Assembly: GCF_009914755.1 (NCBI RefSeq)
Contig: NC_060941.1
Source of the DNA: the human T2T-CHM13v2.0 reference genome, Homo sapiens
Direction: 5' to 3' (one strand)
DNA: 64,000 nucleotides
The first letter of the stretch is position 1. Each line of letters begins with the position of its first letter. The notes beneath the pieces are model-generated. The model ran no database searches. It saw nothing but the letters and a program-made list of their open reading frames with translations, and had not been told where the DNA came from. Shown piece after piece: positions 14,451 to 28,616 of the stretch. Made by a program: the position numbers and the translations under genes.

Positions 14451-17189
14451 TGCCTCAGGAGAAAACAACCACAACAACAGTCAACTGTTGTTTTCTGTTG
14501 CTTTTATTACTTGTTAATCAATGTTTAGCAATCCATTCAACAGTAAAGCAATTTCAGCTGAATTGACTGATCACTTCTGTGACTATTCAAACTGGTTTGT
14601 ACGTGAACAACCAGAGTCTACACTTGAACTAGCTACCATAGAATGTGGATTCCAAATCAATCCACCCAGTGGAATGCACTCAGAGCATAGCATTACAATC
14701 ATGCTATCTTCCTCTGAAGTTGTATTAATATTTTTCCATGGAGAAACAGTGAGTGGATTTGTCATAGCATAATTCCCCCCAGAAAAGCCACAGTGGTTTC
14801 ACGAGGTGGTAAAAGGGATGAGGAACTCACATCTTTTTTGTGAATCTCAGTTTTTGTTCGATATCTTTGTTTTGTGTCAGTTAACATCACATTTTCTTCT
14901 TTGAACATATGGTGTCAATAAGGTTAACATATAAAGATGTTAAGAAATGCAAATTAAGTTTAGTACAAAAATTGAATGTCAGCTGCAGGATTTTTCTTGT
15001 AAACAAAAAATAAAATATCCCAATGAGCAACAGTGTTTGAACTCTGAATTTTTGGTAAAACTCTCTTGCTCATCATCAATGAGGAAACATACTTTTGAAT
15101 AAAGATAAAGAGAACATCAGTGACATCACCTCTACAGATTTTTTTTTGTAGCCAATTTTAAGAAACTGCACAGCTCTGCACTTCTAACTTCATCATATTC
15201 CAGGTAGCCTGTGCTATAGCACTAGCTATCAAGGTAGAGAGACATAATAAAATAAAAGCAGAGCTCAACCAGTACTTAAAATTACGGATTGAGTGCCCTA
15301 TTAACTTGCAGGGATTACATTATGTTTTCAAAAAGTTGTTTTGTATCTTGAGAGAAAAGAAATGCATACTAGTTTTCATGTCAATTACAGGGACTTAATT
15401 GGTTTGAAGCAAAGCATATAATTTACCAAGACACGTTGAAAGAATCACAAAGCCAACCTCAAAAGTAAGGCTGCAACTGGTACCCAGCCAACCTGGCCTT
15501 TCCTCGGCCTCTAAAAAAGAAAGAGAATTGTACTTGTAAATGTTTTTATGTATAATATTTACATTTAGATCAGAAAGGAACAAATGGGCAACTCGGCCCC
15601 AAATGTGTACAACATGTGGGCAGATGTCAGCTTATGGGGTCACTTGAATGGCATTTTATGGCCGAGGACACACGATGCAGCTTGTTTCAGTCCGTTTGAG
15701 CAGCATGTCAGTTCCATCACTCTTTGCTCTTGGGCATATGGTGAGACGTCATTAACCTGGGAGACCGACAGACCCATGAAAGTGGAACCATATGTGTTGT
15801 ACCAAGGAAAAATTTATTTTGCCCACCATTCTACTGCAAATATAAATGTATAATCTCTGCCAATGATTCCTTTACATATTAAATATTATGTTAATGTGCT
15901 GGTACATGTACTTCCATTAATATAGTATTTAGGTATCCAAACTAAGCACTGGTCAGAGATAGACCCCCTGAGTTTGAACCAGGGAACTCAGAGATGAAAT
16001 AATGGGGCAGATGGACCAAAGAGCCCCAGGTGCATCTTTCATCAGCATGTTTAACTAATGCAAAGCAATGAAGGCAAAGTTCTTGGTCTGTCATCACAGG
16101 GGTCATATGGACCAGGACCTTTGATACTTGACACCATCTGGAGCTACTCTTAGCTACCATTAAACGGGGCTATTTAATGAGTAGAGTTCGAATATGCTAG
16201 CTGAACTTTCACGTTATTCTTTTCTCATTTAATTTCATACAGGCTTCTATTTCCATATGCATTTATGAAAGTTATCATGGTATAATGAATTCTTCTGTTG
16301 TTACACTTGAATCTCTTTCTTTATCCTGAGTTTAATGAATTGTTTTATCTGACTGAGGTACATTTGCAGAAACTATTTAAATGCTTAAGTGTTTCTTATG
16401 AAATGTTGTACTTTGTAAGGTTTCTGAACCTTACAAATTATATTTGTGAAGATGTTTTGGGATTCTCTAGAAAGTTGGGTACTTATTTTAGGGCAGTCAG
16501 ACTTTTAGGGCTGTAAGCTTGCCATATGTTGTTTGAGTGTTTGGTAATCAAGTCAGATTCACATGACATAAGATCAGAAGATCAGAGATGGCTCATTGTT
16601 TCAAATGATTCAAATGGCATCTTTTAAGTTAAGGTGAAGTCATTTAATTTCATCTGTATTTATTGATTGAATCCTTGTCTAGAAATTTTTTCCACAGGTT
16701 TTACCAAGTATTCATAATAGCAAATATCATGTGCCTCTTCTCCAAACCAAAGCTATATGAGACGCAAACGCTAAATTCAGAATGAGTTTGGAAGAAACTA
16801 CAAGGGTGTTTTTGTACAAACATCATTTTTGTGTTTTTTAGATTATTTTTTATTCTAAAGGCAATGTTCTCTCCATCACACAGGAGCCACAAATTGGCCC
16901 TCCACATAAAGATTATTTAGCAAACATATGAGCTGTGTCTCAGTATAACTCTATACAATGCGTGTTCGTATATATTGATGTTTAATATTGTTTGTGTTAT
17001 AGTTCAGTGGGTTATAAAATAAGGCAACAGAGCCCTCATCCATGGAAAATTTTTCTAACAACCATGAGTTCATCTTCTTTTGAAAATAACAATTTCCACG
17101 CATAATCCTAAACAGCTTTTGCTAAATTTCAAAAAATCAAATAGCTGTATATTGCTGGGATTTCATTTTCCACCCCTATAAAAAGATAA

Positions 17190-17480
17190 AGACTAGACAC
17201 AGGAGAATGTATATTTTATGTTCCTGTTTATATGAAATATCCCAAGTAGCAAATGGCTAGAGACAGAAAGCAGATTTGTAGTTGCGTAGGGCTAAGAGTA
17301 GGGATAGAGACTGTCTATAAACAGGCATAAGGTTTCTTTTTAGGATGTTGAATATGTTCTAAAATTAGATTGGGGTAATGGTTATACAACTATGTTAATA
17401 TACTAAAATTTATTAAATCGTGCAGATAAAACAGGTGAGTTTATTGTATTAAAATTATATCACAATAAAGTTGTTAAAAA
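17190..17480 (+). mobile_element. Old L1 (L1MB/L1ME) 3' end
   Basis: agagacagaaagcagatttgtagttgc...atatgttctaaaattagattgg...caataaagttgttaaaaa. Confidence 0.8.
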
Positions 17481-17684
17481 TTTTTAAAGATGAAGGGTAA
17501 AAGCCAGAGAATAGTTTTGAAAGTTTTCTCTCCTCTCTCAAAATATCGCATTTATAGACATATTTTTTCTGATCGACTATTTTAACACACAATCTATTTT
17601 AATATTTGAAGACACTATATTCTCTGCAATTATGTACCTTGTTTACTTTGTCTATATAAGTAATAATAATTTATTTAAGAATAC

Positions 17685-18070
17685 ATTGCTTTGCTATTGC
17701 CATGAAACAAATTACCAGCCCAGTGGCTTAAAATAAGATTAAGTTTTGATGCCTGATGCATCTATGGATCACTTAGGGGTCTGTTCATGAAAACTGTGCT
17801 CAGCTGCAGTGAATCTTCTGCCCTTGAAGCAAGTGGCATTCAAGGTAGTTCTTCCCTGGGTATTGGAAGAGTTGGAAGAGACTGGATAGAAACAGGCAAG
17901 GTAACTTAAGGCTCCACTTGGATGAGGTGCCCTGTCATATCACCTCTTTCTATTTGCCAGTGCAAGGAACATAACTGGATCCACCCTCAAGGAATGGAGA
18001 AATATACTCCACTACTCTTCTTGTGGGAGGAAGTGAAAAGTCAAATACTGAGTGGCAAGGATGCTAGATA
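17685..18070 (-). mobile_element. MLT1H-like MaLR LTR
   Basis: gctattgccatgaaacaaattacc...cagtggcttaaaa...ggagaaatatactccac...gtgggaggaagtg. Confidence 0.65.
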
Positions 18071-19464
18071 AATTGTTGGCATCCGTGGAGTATTTCATAA
18101 GGGAAAAGGATGCAGCATAATCTAATAGTCACTAGAGTCAATATGAAGGCTTGGTTCACTTGATTCACTCTAAGACTCCAACGGACTTTTCTTCTTTTGT
18201 TGGAGAAAAAAAAAATTCCCGTTTATAAAATGGGAATAAATATCTTCACTTTTCAGTTTTCATTGCCCAGGAAGAAATCAGCAAATGTGTTACTGCTACA
18301 GAGGAGTCACTGTGCTTCCTGGCAGGGAGGAAAAGGGTGTCAGCAAAATAACAAAATAAAGAAAAAGTGTTTGTGTTTTTGGTTCACATCTTCCTTCTTG
18401 GCTAGTCATAATGCTATTATTAACCTGCTAGGTAACAGAAATTTGGATTCTTTGAGTACGAGTGCTCACAGCAGTTAGAAACCTCATTTTCCTCTTTAAA
18501 GAGTTAAAGTGTCCTGGTAAATATATCTTCTAGTCCTTTACTGTTTTCTAAAACATTGAGGTATTTCCCCAGAGTGCAAGGGAACACCAGTCCAAAAGAA
18601 ATATATCGGTTAGGGTCTGCCCATTATGCAGGAGTCTAGGAACAAGAGAGGGGGCCAGGTTACATATTAATGCTTTTATTTTCTTAATATTGTGGTGATT
18701 CATGCTTCCCAGGGTGCTAGGTGCTTCCCAAGGATACAGCAGCCTTGGGCTTGAAATGGGTCATTTTCACATCACAGATCCATTTTTTCCTGATTTCTGC
18801 CTTTGTCTCCTACATTGTCCCTGTGGCATTTTCTTAATTATTTCCAGAAGTTTCATCTTCAAAAATCAGATGGCATCCATCACGCTCATCCTTTCCCGAT
18901 CCCTGTTCCTGATCTGATGATGCGGCTGAAGGATCTGATGCTGGTCCATAGTGGGGCCCCTCTCTCTGCCACACGCTGCTGCCTTTCCTGGTGACTGCTG
19001 CTGCACTTCCACTCTAAGTAGTGTATTGCAGCTCCTGAAGGGCTGGCATAGTCCACTGCTCTCTGTAGCCACATCTTGCTTTATGTAAAAATGAAAGGAG
19101 GTTTTTCATCCCTTTGTGTGTAAGTGTGTTACCTGGAAACCAAAACAGTGCTACTTCTGCTTCAATTATGTGACCTATTTTCAGTGAATGATCTCTTTTG
19201 ATTTTTTGCACTTCAGTTCTCTGCTTAGGATGTAAACATGTCATGAGCTCAAGATATTTTCAGTTTTAACAAATGCCAGCAAGTTATTCTTCAACGTGCC
19301 TTATCAATCCACACCCCACCAGCACTGATGAAAAAAACACTAGCACTAATGTGCCTTGACATCTGGGGTCTTAAACAACCTGATTTGGTGAAGGAGCCTC
19401 TGAGCCCAAGAGCACAAGAAGTGGGAAAGGAGAGGGTCTTAGCTCTTAGCCCTTGGAGTTTCTC

Positions 19465-19883
19465 TTAGCCAGTTTTCTTAGGATTCTCCAGAGGAACAGA
19501 ACCAATGGGATGTGTGTACATATAGAAAGAGATTTTCTAAAAGAGATTGGCTCATGTGATTATGGCAGCTGGCATGGATATAAGGAAGAATTGCATGCTA
19601 GATGCCCAAGGCAGAGCTGAGGTTTCACATCAAGTCCTAAAGCTATCTGCTGGCAGAATTCCCTCTTGCTTGTGGGAGGTCAGTTTTTGCTCTATTTAGG
19701 CCTTCAGCTGATTGAATGAGTCCCCCTCACATTATGAAGATCAACCTGTTTTACTCAAAGTGCACCGAATCAAATGTTAATGTCATCTCAAAACCACCCT
19801 CAAAGGAACACCTGAAATGATATTTCATCAAATATATGGACACCATGATGCACTCAAGTTGATATATAAAATTGACCTTCATA
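19465..19883 (-). mobile_element. MLT2 (ERVL) solo LTR
   Basis: ttctccagaggaacagaaccaatggga...attggctcatgtgattatgg...tcaagttgatatataaaattgacc. Confidence 0.85.
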
Positions 19884-21711
19884 CCAGGTATGGCTCCAGT
19901 GAATTTCTTATGCCCATCAGGAGCAGAAGAGGAGTAGGAAAAAACACCACGACTAAAGGGGACTCATGACCTGGAGGTAGATACTCAGCAGTGACTTGAG
20001 TGGGTGGTCAACAGAGGACTAGCTAAAATGACCTTCTTCTGGACACATGCCAGCATGGATCAAGGACAATCCTCAATATCTCTCATCATCTTGGCAATAT
20101 GGAAGCCCATCCATGGTTTACTGCAATTCAAGGGTAAAGCTTGTTAGAGAAACCCTGACTTTATTGAGATGACCTTTCTCCCAATGGAAGTAAATATGGA
20201 TCAACACAGAATTACTAAACTTGGCACTAAATCAGAGCTTTTTTAAAAAAGTGATCCAAGTTACGCTGGAATCATAGGAAGAGAGTGGCTTTTCCTGCCC
20301 CGATTTTAGTGATAACTTCATGGTCTAAACTGGTCAAGTTATTCTGTTTAGGTAATATTTGACTTCTCCTTTTGTAGAAGGATTCTACGTGCCAGACTGC
20401 CAATTGCAGTTTTACCGGCTTTATGTGAATGGAGATATCACCTACCCAACAGCAGAGCTGGTCTAATAATACTGAATATGTTTTCACAGAATATCTTATA
20501 ACATGTCTGGCTGTTGTTTTTGCTATTTGACCATGGCCCAGATTGCTCAGAGATTTATTAAGACTTCCAAAGCAGCTGTCCAGGGGCCCCAAAGGAAGGT
20601 GTGAAGATTAGCGGCCTTGAGTTGGGGTTGTTAGAGGATGTACTTAATTAATAGTGACAAGGGATTACTGGCCCCATCGCCATTCTAGGCGTTGTTGAAC
20701 CACACAAACTGACACTGGTTTATTTTTGTTTGCATTATTGAGTAAACTCTCAAAACTCAGTAGAATTAAGTCTTTCCTTCCTTAATTCAGCAGAACCTAG
20801 AAGCCTCAGTTCTCTTACATTTGCCACTGGGATATCTGGAAGTAAATTGCTTCTGGGGTTGTGGATGGTGGGGGACCTGTCTTGTTCATTCCAAGGGTTC
20901 TTTAATCTTTGTTCCTTATGATAGTGTTCTCTACTCCACTTTTGTCCTTGTTCTCTTTTTTATATCTTAATCTTCACAGTAGCACCTTCTGGGCCTAAGT
21001 GTGACATTAAAGCTAAGCCGGTTTTAAGTTTCTGCCTTAGAATCTACTTTCATATCAGCAATGGCACCGCACATAGGGTGTTCCATGTCATGGTCTCCTT
21101 TTGGGAATCCTGAAGGTGTTACAATAAGACATGAACTAATAAAGAATTATCAACCCCAAATCAAATATTCATTAAAAACAAACAACTAAAATCTCTCTTG
21201 ATACAGCTTTGCCATGAATTCCCAGCTACTTTCTGTCTTTCATTAGCGTATGGTATATTTTGAAATATATATATGGCTTATCCATTTATTATACATATAT
21301 TTATTCCTTCATTTATGAAATTTGTGGAGAAATTAAATTCAATCTTTTAAAAATATTTACTAAAGCATTCACTTTGGACTACAATAGAGCTTAGGGAGAA
21401 CAAAGTGTGTCTTGAGTGTTAAGTATCTTATGAATGACTCCTTTGATTTGCTATTACTAGTTTAGTGTTTTCTAATAGAATTTAAACAACCACCATGATA
21501 ACTTCATGCATCTTGAACCTTTAGGCTAATGCCTGGTTCTTTCTTAAAACAGCTAGTGAGATAGGGGCTTGATTACTAAACCCATTTTAGTAGTCAGAGA
21601 ACTTAAATTAGACAAGTTGTCACTTATCCAAGATATTTACCCATACTGCTATGGGAAAATCTTCTTGTATTTATAACAGAGTTTCATTCAATAAGAGAGT
21701 GGTTTGCAAAT

Positions 21712-21810
21712 AAGGTGGCCAGATTCAGCAAATTAAAACACAGAACACCAGTTGAATTTGCATTTCAGATAAACAATAATTTTCTTTAATATAAATATAT
21801 CCTACCCAAT
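21712..21810. mobile_element. MER53 hAT MITE, one arm only
   Basis: ggtggccagattcagcaaattaaaacacagaacaccagttgaatttgcatttcagataaacaa. Confidence 0.7.
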
Positions 21811-22355
21811 TCACAAACCACAGTCCACAAAATTCAGGTGGCCTCTAAAGGCCATTTCTAGGCTTCCTTGGTGGGAGGAGGAGGGAGGGTGAGCAAGGCT
21901 CAGGATTTCCTCATCCTTTTCTCTATTTAATCAGAAAGATTATAAGTGTCTATGAAGACTTTCTTTGATAAAAGGTCTGTGTCATAAAAAGAGGGAGGAT
22001 TTTAAAACATTTTTCTAATGCTAGAAGGCTTTTTGTCCCTATTGTGTGATAAGAGATTTGATATGAAACAAATAAGGACCTCAATGGGGTGGGCATATAA
22101 ATTTGCTGAGAATTGAATGCGACCTACATTATATAATTTTAAAGTAATTACCTCAATTTCTGCTGATTTGAAACAAATTTTAAAAATTCAGTTGTAACCA
22201 GAAAGAATATATTTTACACATTTAAATGTTCAACTGTTTAGGTAGAAACAAACTTTTTTATAAACAACTCTATTCAAATCAATCAGGAAATATGCCCATA
22301 TGCAAACACAGCTATGTGATATGTATGTCACATGCATTTAAAGATATATATGTAT

Positions 22356-22625
<270 letters not shown>

Positions 22626-24016
22626 TGTACATAATATAGAATATACCTAAAGAATAATAAATAATACATAAACGTGTCATATACTTCATATATAAACAAG
22701 GCCATTCATTCAGGAAAATCTAGTTATAAGTGAATGAAAAAAACAACTACACAACAGAACCCTCAAAACAACAAAACATAAGTTGCCTACAGTTGTAAAA
22801 CTAAATCAATTTGGATTCACCTACTGTAAATTAGCGGCAGAAACCAATGAAACCTATTCACTTCTAAAGATTTTAAAAATTATTTTTAATTCTTAGAAAA
22901 ATAGAAGTAGCAAAGACTTTTTCTAAAATCAGAGCACATTAACCTGGTGGTTTTAGTGGAGAAAACATCGCTATAGGTTTGAGGTTTGGGCTCATCAGCT
23001 TGGTTTATGTACCAATTGTAACACTTTTAAAAAAATGGACCCATATCAACATGTAAAATTTATGCTTTGGTAACTGTTCGTATAACCATGGCAGCACCAA
23101 TTTATCCATTTTCATGAAATTATACCTTTCCAGTTAGAGTAGGAAACAGAAGTAAAAAGATAGTGTTGACTATATTTCATATCAAGCGTTAGGGGCAAAA
23201 ATGGCATGTCTGTGCTTATATTTGCACTAATATATACAGGTATTTATGAGAAAAAAAGATTCAAAAAGAAAAAGCATAGAGGAAAAAGACTAAGAATGGT
23301 GCCGTCCATCACAAAGAAGCATCTGTCTCCAGATGTGATGCTGTATATCATATTTGGTCTCTTCCCAGCACAGGGTCTGGGCAGCTGCATTCCTGAGGCT
23401 GAGATCCTAGGTTCCTGAAGTATCTGTTCTAATTCGTGATTCTAGGAAAACAACATTTTTGCTGTAGGCACAAAAATATCCCTGCACACAGTTCATAAAA
23501 CATCTCCTTAAGGGGCACTGGAAAGGGAGAGGAAAGCAGGCGTGGGGAAGCACCAGGCAGGAATGAATGGTCCCTTAGAATAGAGGAAACGTGGCTGGTG
23601 CCAAGTCCTGCCGGCGGCCACCTCCAAGCACCCCTGGGCACCTTTCAGTGAAGCACCTCTCCTCCTCAGAACTTTGATCAATACCCTGCTCATTGGCAAA
23701 TTTTTCTATAGCAATGAGTGTGCCAAATCTTTCACATCTCCCTATGACTTTCCTGTAAAGGGAAAGGATCGGATGATCTTCTCAGTACCTGCCTGTGCTT
23801 ATGTTCCAAATAAGAGAAAATGGTAATTAGTTTTCCTCCATTATTGTCCTTGGTCAATCAGGGAATCAGAGACTTAACGCTATTTTTTCCACATTCTGTG
23901 GATCTATCAAGGAGAGAAGCATCAGATGGCATTGCATACAGACAGACCAGGAATTGTTTCCTCCCAGGAAAGAAATTACCTGAATTCACAACTGACACCC
24001 ACACATGTTGAGCTTA

Positions 24017-24025
24017 TGTGTGTAT

Positions 24026-24064
<39 letters not shown>

Positions 24065-24069
24065 CGTGT
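24017..24069 (+). repeat. (TG)n microsatellite
   Basis: Directly visible. Confidence 0.97.
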
Positions 24070-24098
24070 TAGGGTATTTTTCATTTGAATAGCATTGA

Positions 24099-24207
24099 AT
24101 ATATATATATATTACATATATACTGCATATATGCATATATATATATATATATATACTGCATATATATATATATAGTACTGCATATGTATTGGCCAAATAT
24201 ATATATA
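24099..24207. repeat. Interrupted (TA)n microsatellite
   Basis: (TA)n runs punctuated by ctgc. Confidence 0.95.
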
Positions 24208-24401
24208 GATTTATGATCTCTGAGTTTTCTCTAGATGTCTAGAACTTAGACTGCAGGAATAATTCACGATCTAAAATGTGAATTTGAAAGGCCTAAAGTA
24301 AAGTGAGCTTCACCTCTGCATTGTGTTGGTCCTGTTTCCTTCTAACAGATACAAAAGTAGAAGAAATTGCTGCCTCTAGAGTATGTTTCAAGAAGTCCTC
24401 A

Positions 24402-24828
24402 AAGGCTAGTGTAGGCAAAATAACATATTTTAAATGTTGTATGAGACATGGAAAACTCTATTACTGCAAACATTTGGTTTGATTCTGTGCCTGTTCAACA
24501 CATTGCCCATTTCTAAATGGTACCTCCCTCCAGAACTACCCATAGCTGAATAACTCTCCATGAAGCCCTCCCATAGTGGGGGTTCATAAAGGGAATTGGG
24601 CATAAAGAACTGGAAAGAAATAGTTTTACTGTAAAGGGGAAACTTTGAGAAATTTTGCTTGGGATTCCATGATTTCACATTCAATCAGTTTTCTATTGCT
24701 GTTAGTAGGAGCAGAACTTAATGTTAATAAGTATAATTATATCATACATAGAGCACTTTATCATTTACAATATTTGATGAATCCTATTTTTACAAATAAG
24801 AAAATTGGAGCAGTGAGAAGGTACAGGA
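24402..24828. repeat. Probably derived copy of a local duplication: inverted segment (24402-24518) fused to a direct segment (24519-24828)
   Basis: 24402-24518 is the reverse complement of 26141-26256 (about 89% identity by hand). 24519-24828 is a direct copy of 26366-26671 with similar divergence. Confidence 0.95.
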
Positions 24829-26140
24829 AGGTACTGGTTTTTGTTATCCTCTCGTGGTACCATTAGCAACCCAGATTAATGTGTTTTCTTTGTCAATTTT
24901 TTCAGTGGTGCAGATCTGGGACCTGAATGGCATCTTGGCCTATCAAGGAATGCACATACCCTGATAAAAACATGGTCCCTCTTAAGAACCACTCAGTCTT
25001 TCATTCATGGAAGGGGCAGTGGGAGGATCACTAGGTAACCTCCATGATGTAAACTCAGGTTTCAAAAGCTACTCAGGCAGAGAAGCAAAATTACGTCTCA
25101 ACTCAGACTGATGTGGATTCACTCTACAACTCCAAATATATGAGGTCGAAGGACATAATGATACCATGCCATATCTGACCTCTGCTCAGATACTACGTTC
25201 CACTTCCTGTTGAATACTAGGCAATGGGCTAGGTGTTTAAGGATAGTTACAACATTGGAACACTTTACTATTCTAGACATTTTTCATATCATATATTTTC
25301 ATTTTGGGATTTAAAGCCTACTCCAGGAAAAGTTGAGATTATTCTCTTTTTCATAAGCCACAGAAGGCTCAATTCAAATATTGCCAAGTTTTATCAGGTA
25401 GTTGAAACAAGTAGCTGAGAGATGTACCAGCATTGTTATTTTAAGAAATTAAACACTGATATGGAAAAGATTTGATGGAATCACATCAAAGCATTAATAG
25501 TGATCAAGTCTGGATAGTAAATGTATAGATTATTTTTATAATGAAAATTTTCCACCATGTCCCAAAAGCAGACACACTAGTCTAAAGACCTGCCATGTAC
25601 CCATTACCTTACAGGAAATATTTTATCTTCTGACTTATTCTTTTTAACGCTCATGTTTTCCAAACAAACATTACTTTTTAATAATCAGAAAATAAGAATG
25701 ATAAACAGTTCAGAAAATTAGATGAAAGTTAACATGTTTTTCTTACTCTAAGAAGGCTCTCCTTTATATAAAGACACCAATGAAAAGTCAATATGATTGC
25801 CCCATCCCCAGTTCTTTCCATCAGAAGATTAGTCTCATAAATTTACAAAATGAGAATTGGCAGAGTGGGAAAAAACTGTGGGCTGCAGTTCTCTGCCTCC
25901 CTTCTGGTTCTGGAAGGGCCAGAATTTGACAAGCCCAATATACTATTAGACAAACAGCACAAGTCCCACCACCCCCATTCAGAAGCTTACCTCTGGGCTT
26001 TGTATACAAAATTGAAGTTTGGGATTTGGATCCATGCATGTGTATCTGGAAAAGCGAGTGTGAAACACCTATCTTGAGCCCTCCACCCACAGGCAAAAGG
26101 GGACATGAATCCTAACTGTATTCCATTTAAAAGACACTTA

Positions 26141-26671
26141 ATTTAGAAATGTGCAATATGTTGAACAGGCACAGAACCAAACCAAATGTTTGCAGTCATA
26201 GAAATTTCCATATGCTGTACAACATTTAAAATATGTTATTTGCCTACACTGGCCTTCAACAGCGAGACCTTTCTCTTGAGCTAAAATGACAACCTCTATC
26301 CAGCCGCCAGTACTAACACTGATGTTACCAACTGGATGCTGTGTGCCCTCTTGGCTTCCAAGCAAGGTGCCACCCTCCAGAACTACCCATCGCTTAACAA
26401 CTCCCCATGAAGCTCTCCCATAGTGGGGTTTCATAAAGGGAATTGGGCATAAAGAACTGGAAAGAAGTAGTTTTACAGTGGAGAACTGTAAAGGGGAAAC
26501 TTTGGAAAGTTTTGCTTGGGATTCCATGATTTCACATTCAATCCGTTTTCTATTGCTATTAGTAGTAGTAGAACTTAGTATAATTATATCATAGAGTGCT
26601 TTATCATTTACAATATTACATGAATTCTCTTTTTACAAATAAGAAAATTGGAGCAGAGAGAAGGTACAGGA
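26141..26671 (+). repeat. Probable donor copy of the local duplication
   Basis: Contains both copied segments plus a ~109-bp spacer (26257-26365) absent from the other copy. Its terminal MIR continues past 26671 (cccagcatcacacagctag). Confidence 0.9.
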
Positions 26672-26811
26672 GTTTCCCAGCATCACACAGCTAGCTGCAC
26701 AAAACAAACAAAAAAAACTACTAGAAGACACTCAGCACCCACTTGTCTTCTAGATATTAACAAAACAAAGCAAACAAGAACTGATTCTTGATCCAAAGCA
26801 TTATCTGGCCT

Positions 26812-26833
26812 GAGAGAGAGAGAAAGACAGACA

Positions 26834-26885
<52 letters not shown>
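26812..26885 (+). repeat. Compound (GA)n(GACA)n(CA)n microsatellite
   Basis: Directly visible; about 25 CA units. Confidence 0.97.
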
Positions 26886-26888
<3 letters not shown>

Positions 26889-27858
26889 AAACAAGATTTA
26901 AGGCAAATCATGGCATGAGCAGAGTCCCATTGACAATTGCTGCCTAAAACATCCTTCCTCATACCCCATGAAGCTGCTGTAGATGTCAGTCACCTTAGTC
27001 CTCTTGACTCAGTGCTGACCAGTGTGTCTTTCTTAAGCCCCTGACATTTGTAATTCATTCATTCAGGGGCCTCCTCCCAAGCAAATTCTCCTCTCTGCAC
27101 CCCAGCCTGCCTGTTGCTTTACTCTGCCACCTGAGGATTAAGCTCCTGCCCTCCTTTGCTTTCCTCAGTGCTAAATTCTTCGGGCTTTTTAAGGTGCCAT
27201 TGGACAAATCTGCATTAAAATATGAGGGAAAAAAATTAATAGAAACATCCAGTCCTACTTTCCAGAACACCAGCTGCACATTTAAAAATTTTTATTGAAG
27301 AATAATACACATACAGAAAAAAGTGAACATATCAAAAGTATACAGTGCTATGAATGTCAAAGTGAACACACCTGTGTAACCAGCAGGACCAAGAAACTGA
27401 ACATTCCCAAATTTCCAGGTGTGCTCCTCATGCCTCCTTCCAGTCATGACTGCCCAACCAAGGATGCTCTCTATCCTGACTTCTAATAGCATAGGTTAGC
27501 TGTGCCTAGTTAGGACTTTATACAAATAGAATCATAAACTATATCTTTCTGTGTCTGCCTTCTTTCACTGAACATTGTTTTTGTGTGATTCATTTGTAGT
27601 ATTGTGTGGCATTGTAGATATTTTTCCCTTATTGCTCTATAGTGTCTAATTCTGTGAATATACCACAATGTGATATTTAACCATTCTGCAACTGACATGG
27701 CATTTAGTTTGTTTCCAGTTCTTGGCAACTTCAATTAGTGTTGCATTTTAGTGAATGCTTTTGGTGAATATATGGTGCATCTTTCTGATGAGTATAAACT
27801 TGGGAGTAGACTGCCTGGGTCATAGGTATGCATACATTCAGGTTTATTAGACACTGCC

Positions 27859-28261
27859 CGATACAGTTTGGATATTTGTCCCCTCCAAATCTCATGCTGA
27901 AATGTGATCTCTAGTGTTGGAGGTGGGTCTTTCTGAAAGGTGTTTGGGTTATGAATGGCTTAGTGCCCACCCTGCAATAATGAGTGAGTTCTCACTCTAT
28001 TAGTCATGAGAGCTAGTTGTTTAAGAGTCTGACACCCTCCTCCTCTCTCTCTTGCTCCCTTTCTTGCCATGGAACACACCTGCTTCCCCTTCACCTTCTG
28101 CCCTGAGTCAAAGCTTCTTGAGTCCTCACCAGAAGTTGAGCAGATGCTAGGGCCATGCTGTTTACACAGCATGCAGAACCGTGAGCCAAATAAACCTCTT
28201 TTCTTTGTAAATTACCCAGCCTCAGGTATTCCTTTATAGCAACACAAAGCTAGTTAACAAA
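27859..28261 (+). mobile_element. MSTB-like MaLR solo LTR
   Basis: gatacagtttggatatttgtcccctccaaatctcatg...aaataaacctcttttctttgtaaattacccagcctcagg; TSD ctgcc / ctgct. Confidence 0.9.
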
Positions 28262-28329
28262 CTGCTAAATCATTTTCAAAGTGGCTTAATCAACTTACTA
28301 TCCTATCAGCTTATACGAAAGTTTGGTTG

Positions 28330-28616
<287 letters not shown>

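Noticed and set aside
18847-19080. GC-richer, exon-like segment with several overlapping short ORFs
   Set aside because: No recognisable homology and no matched acceptor/donor pair; a BLASTX or EST hit would be needed.
21712-21810. MER53 as a possible miR-1302-type hairpin
   Set aside because: Only one arm of the palindromic MITE is present, so no hairpin can form.
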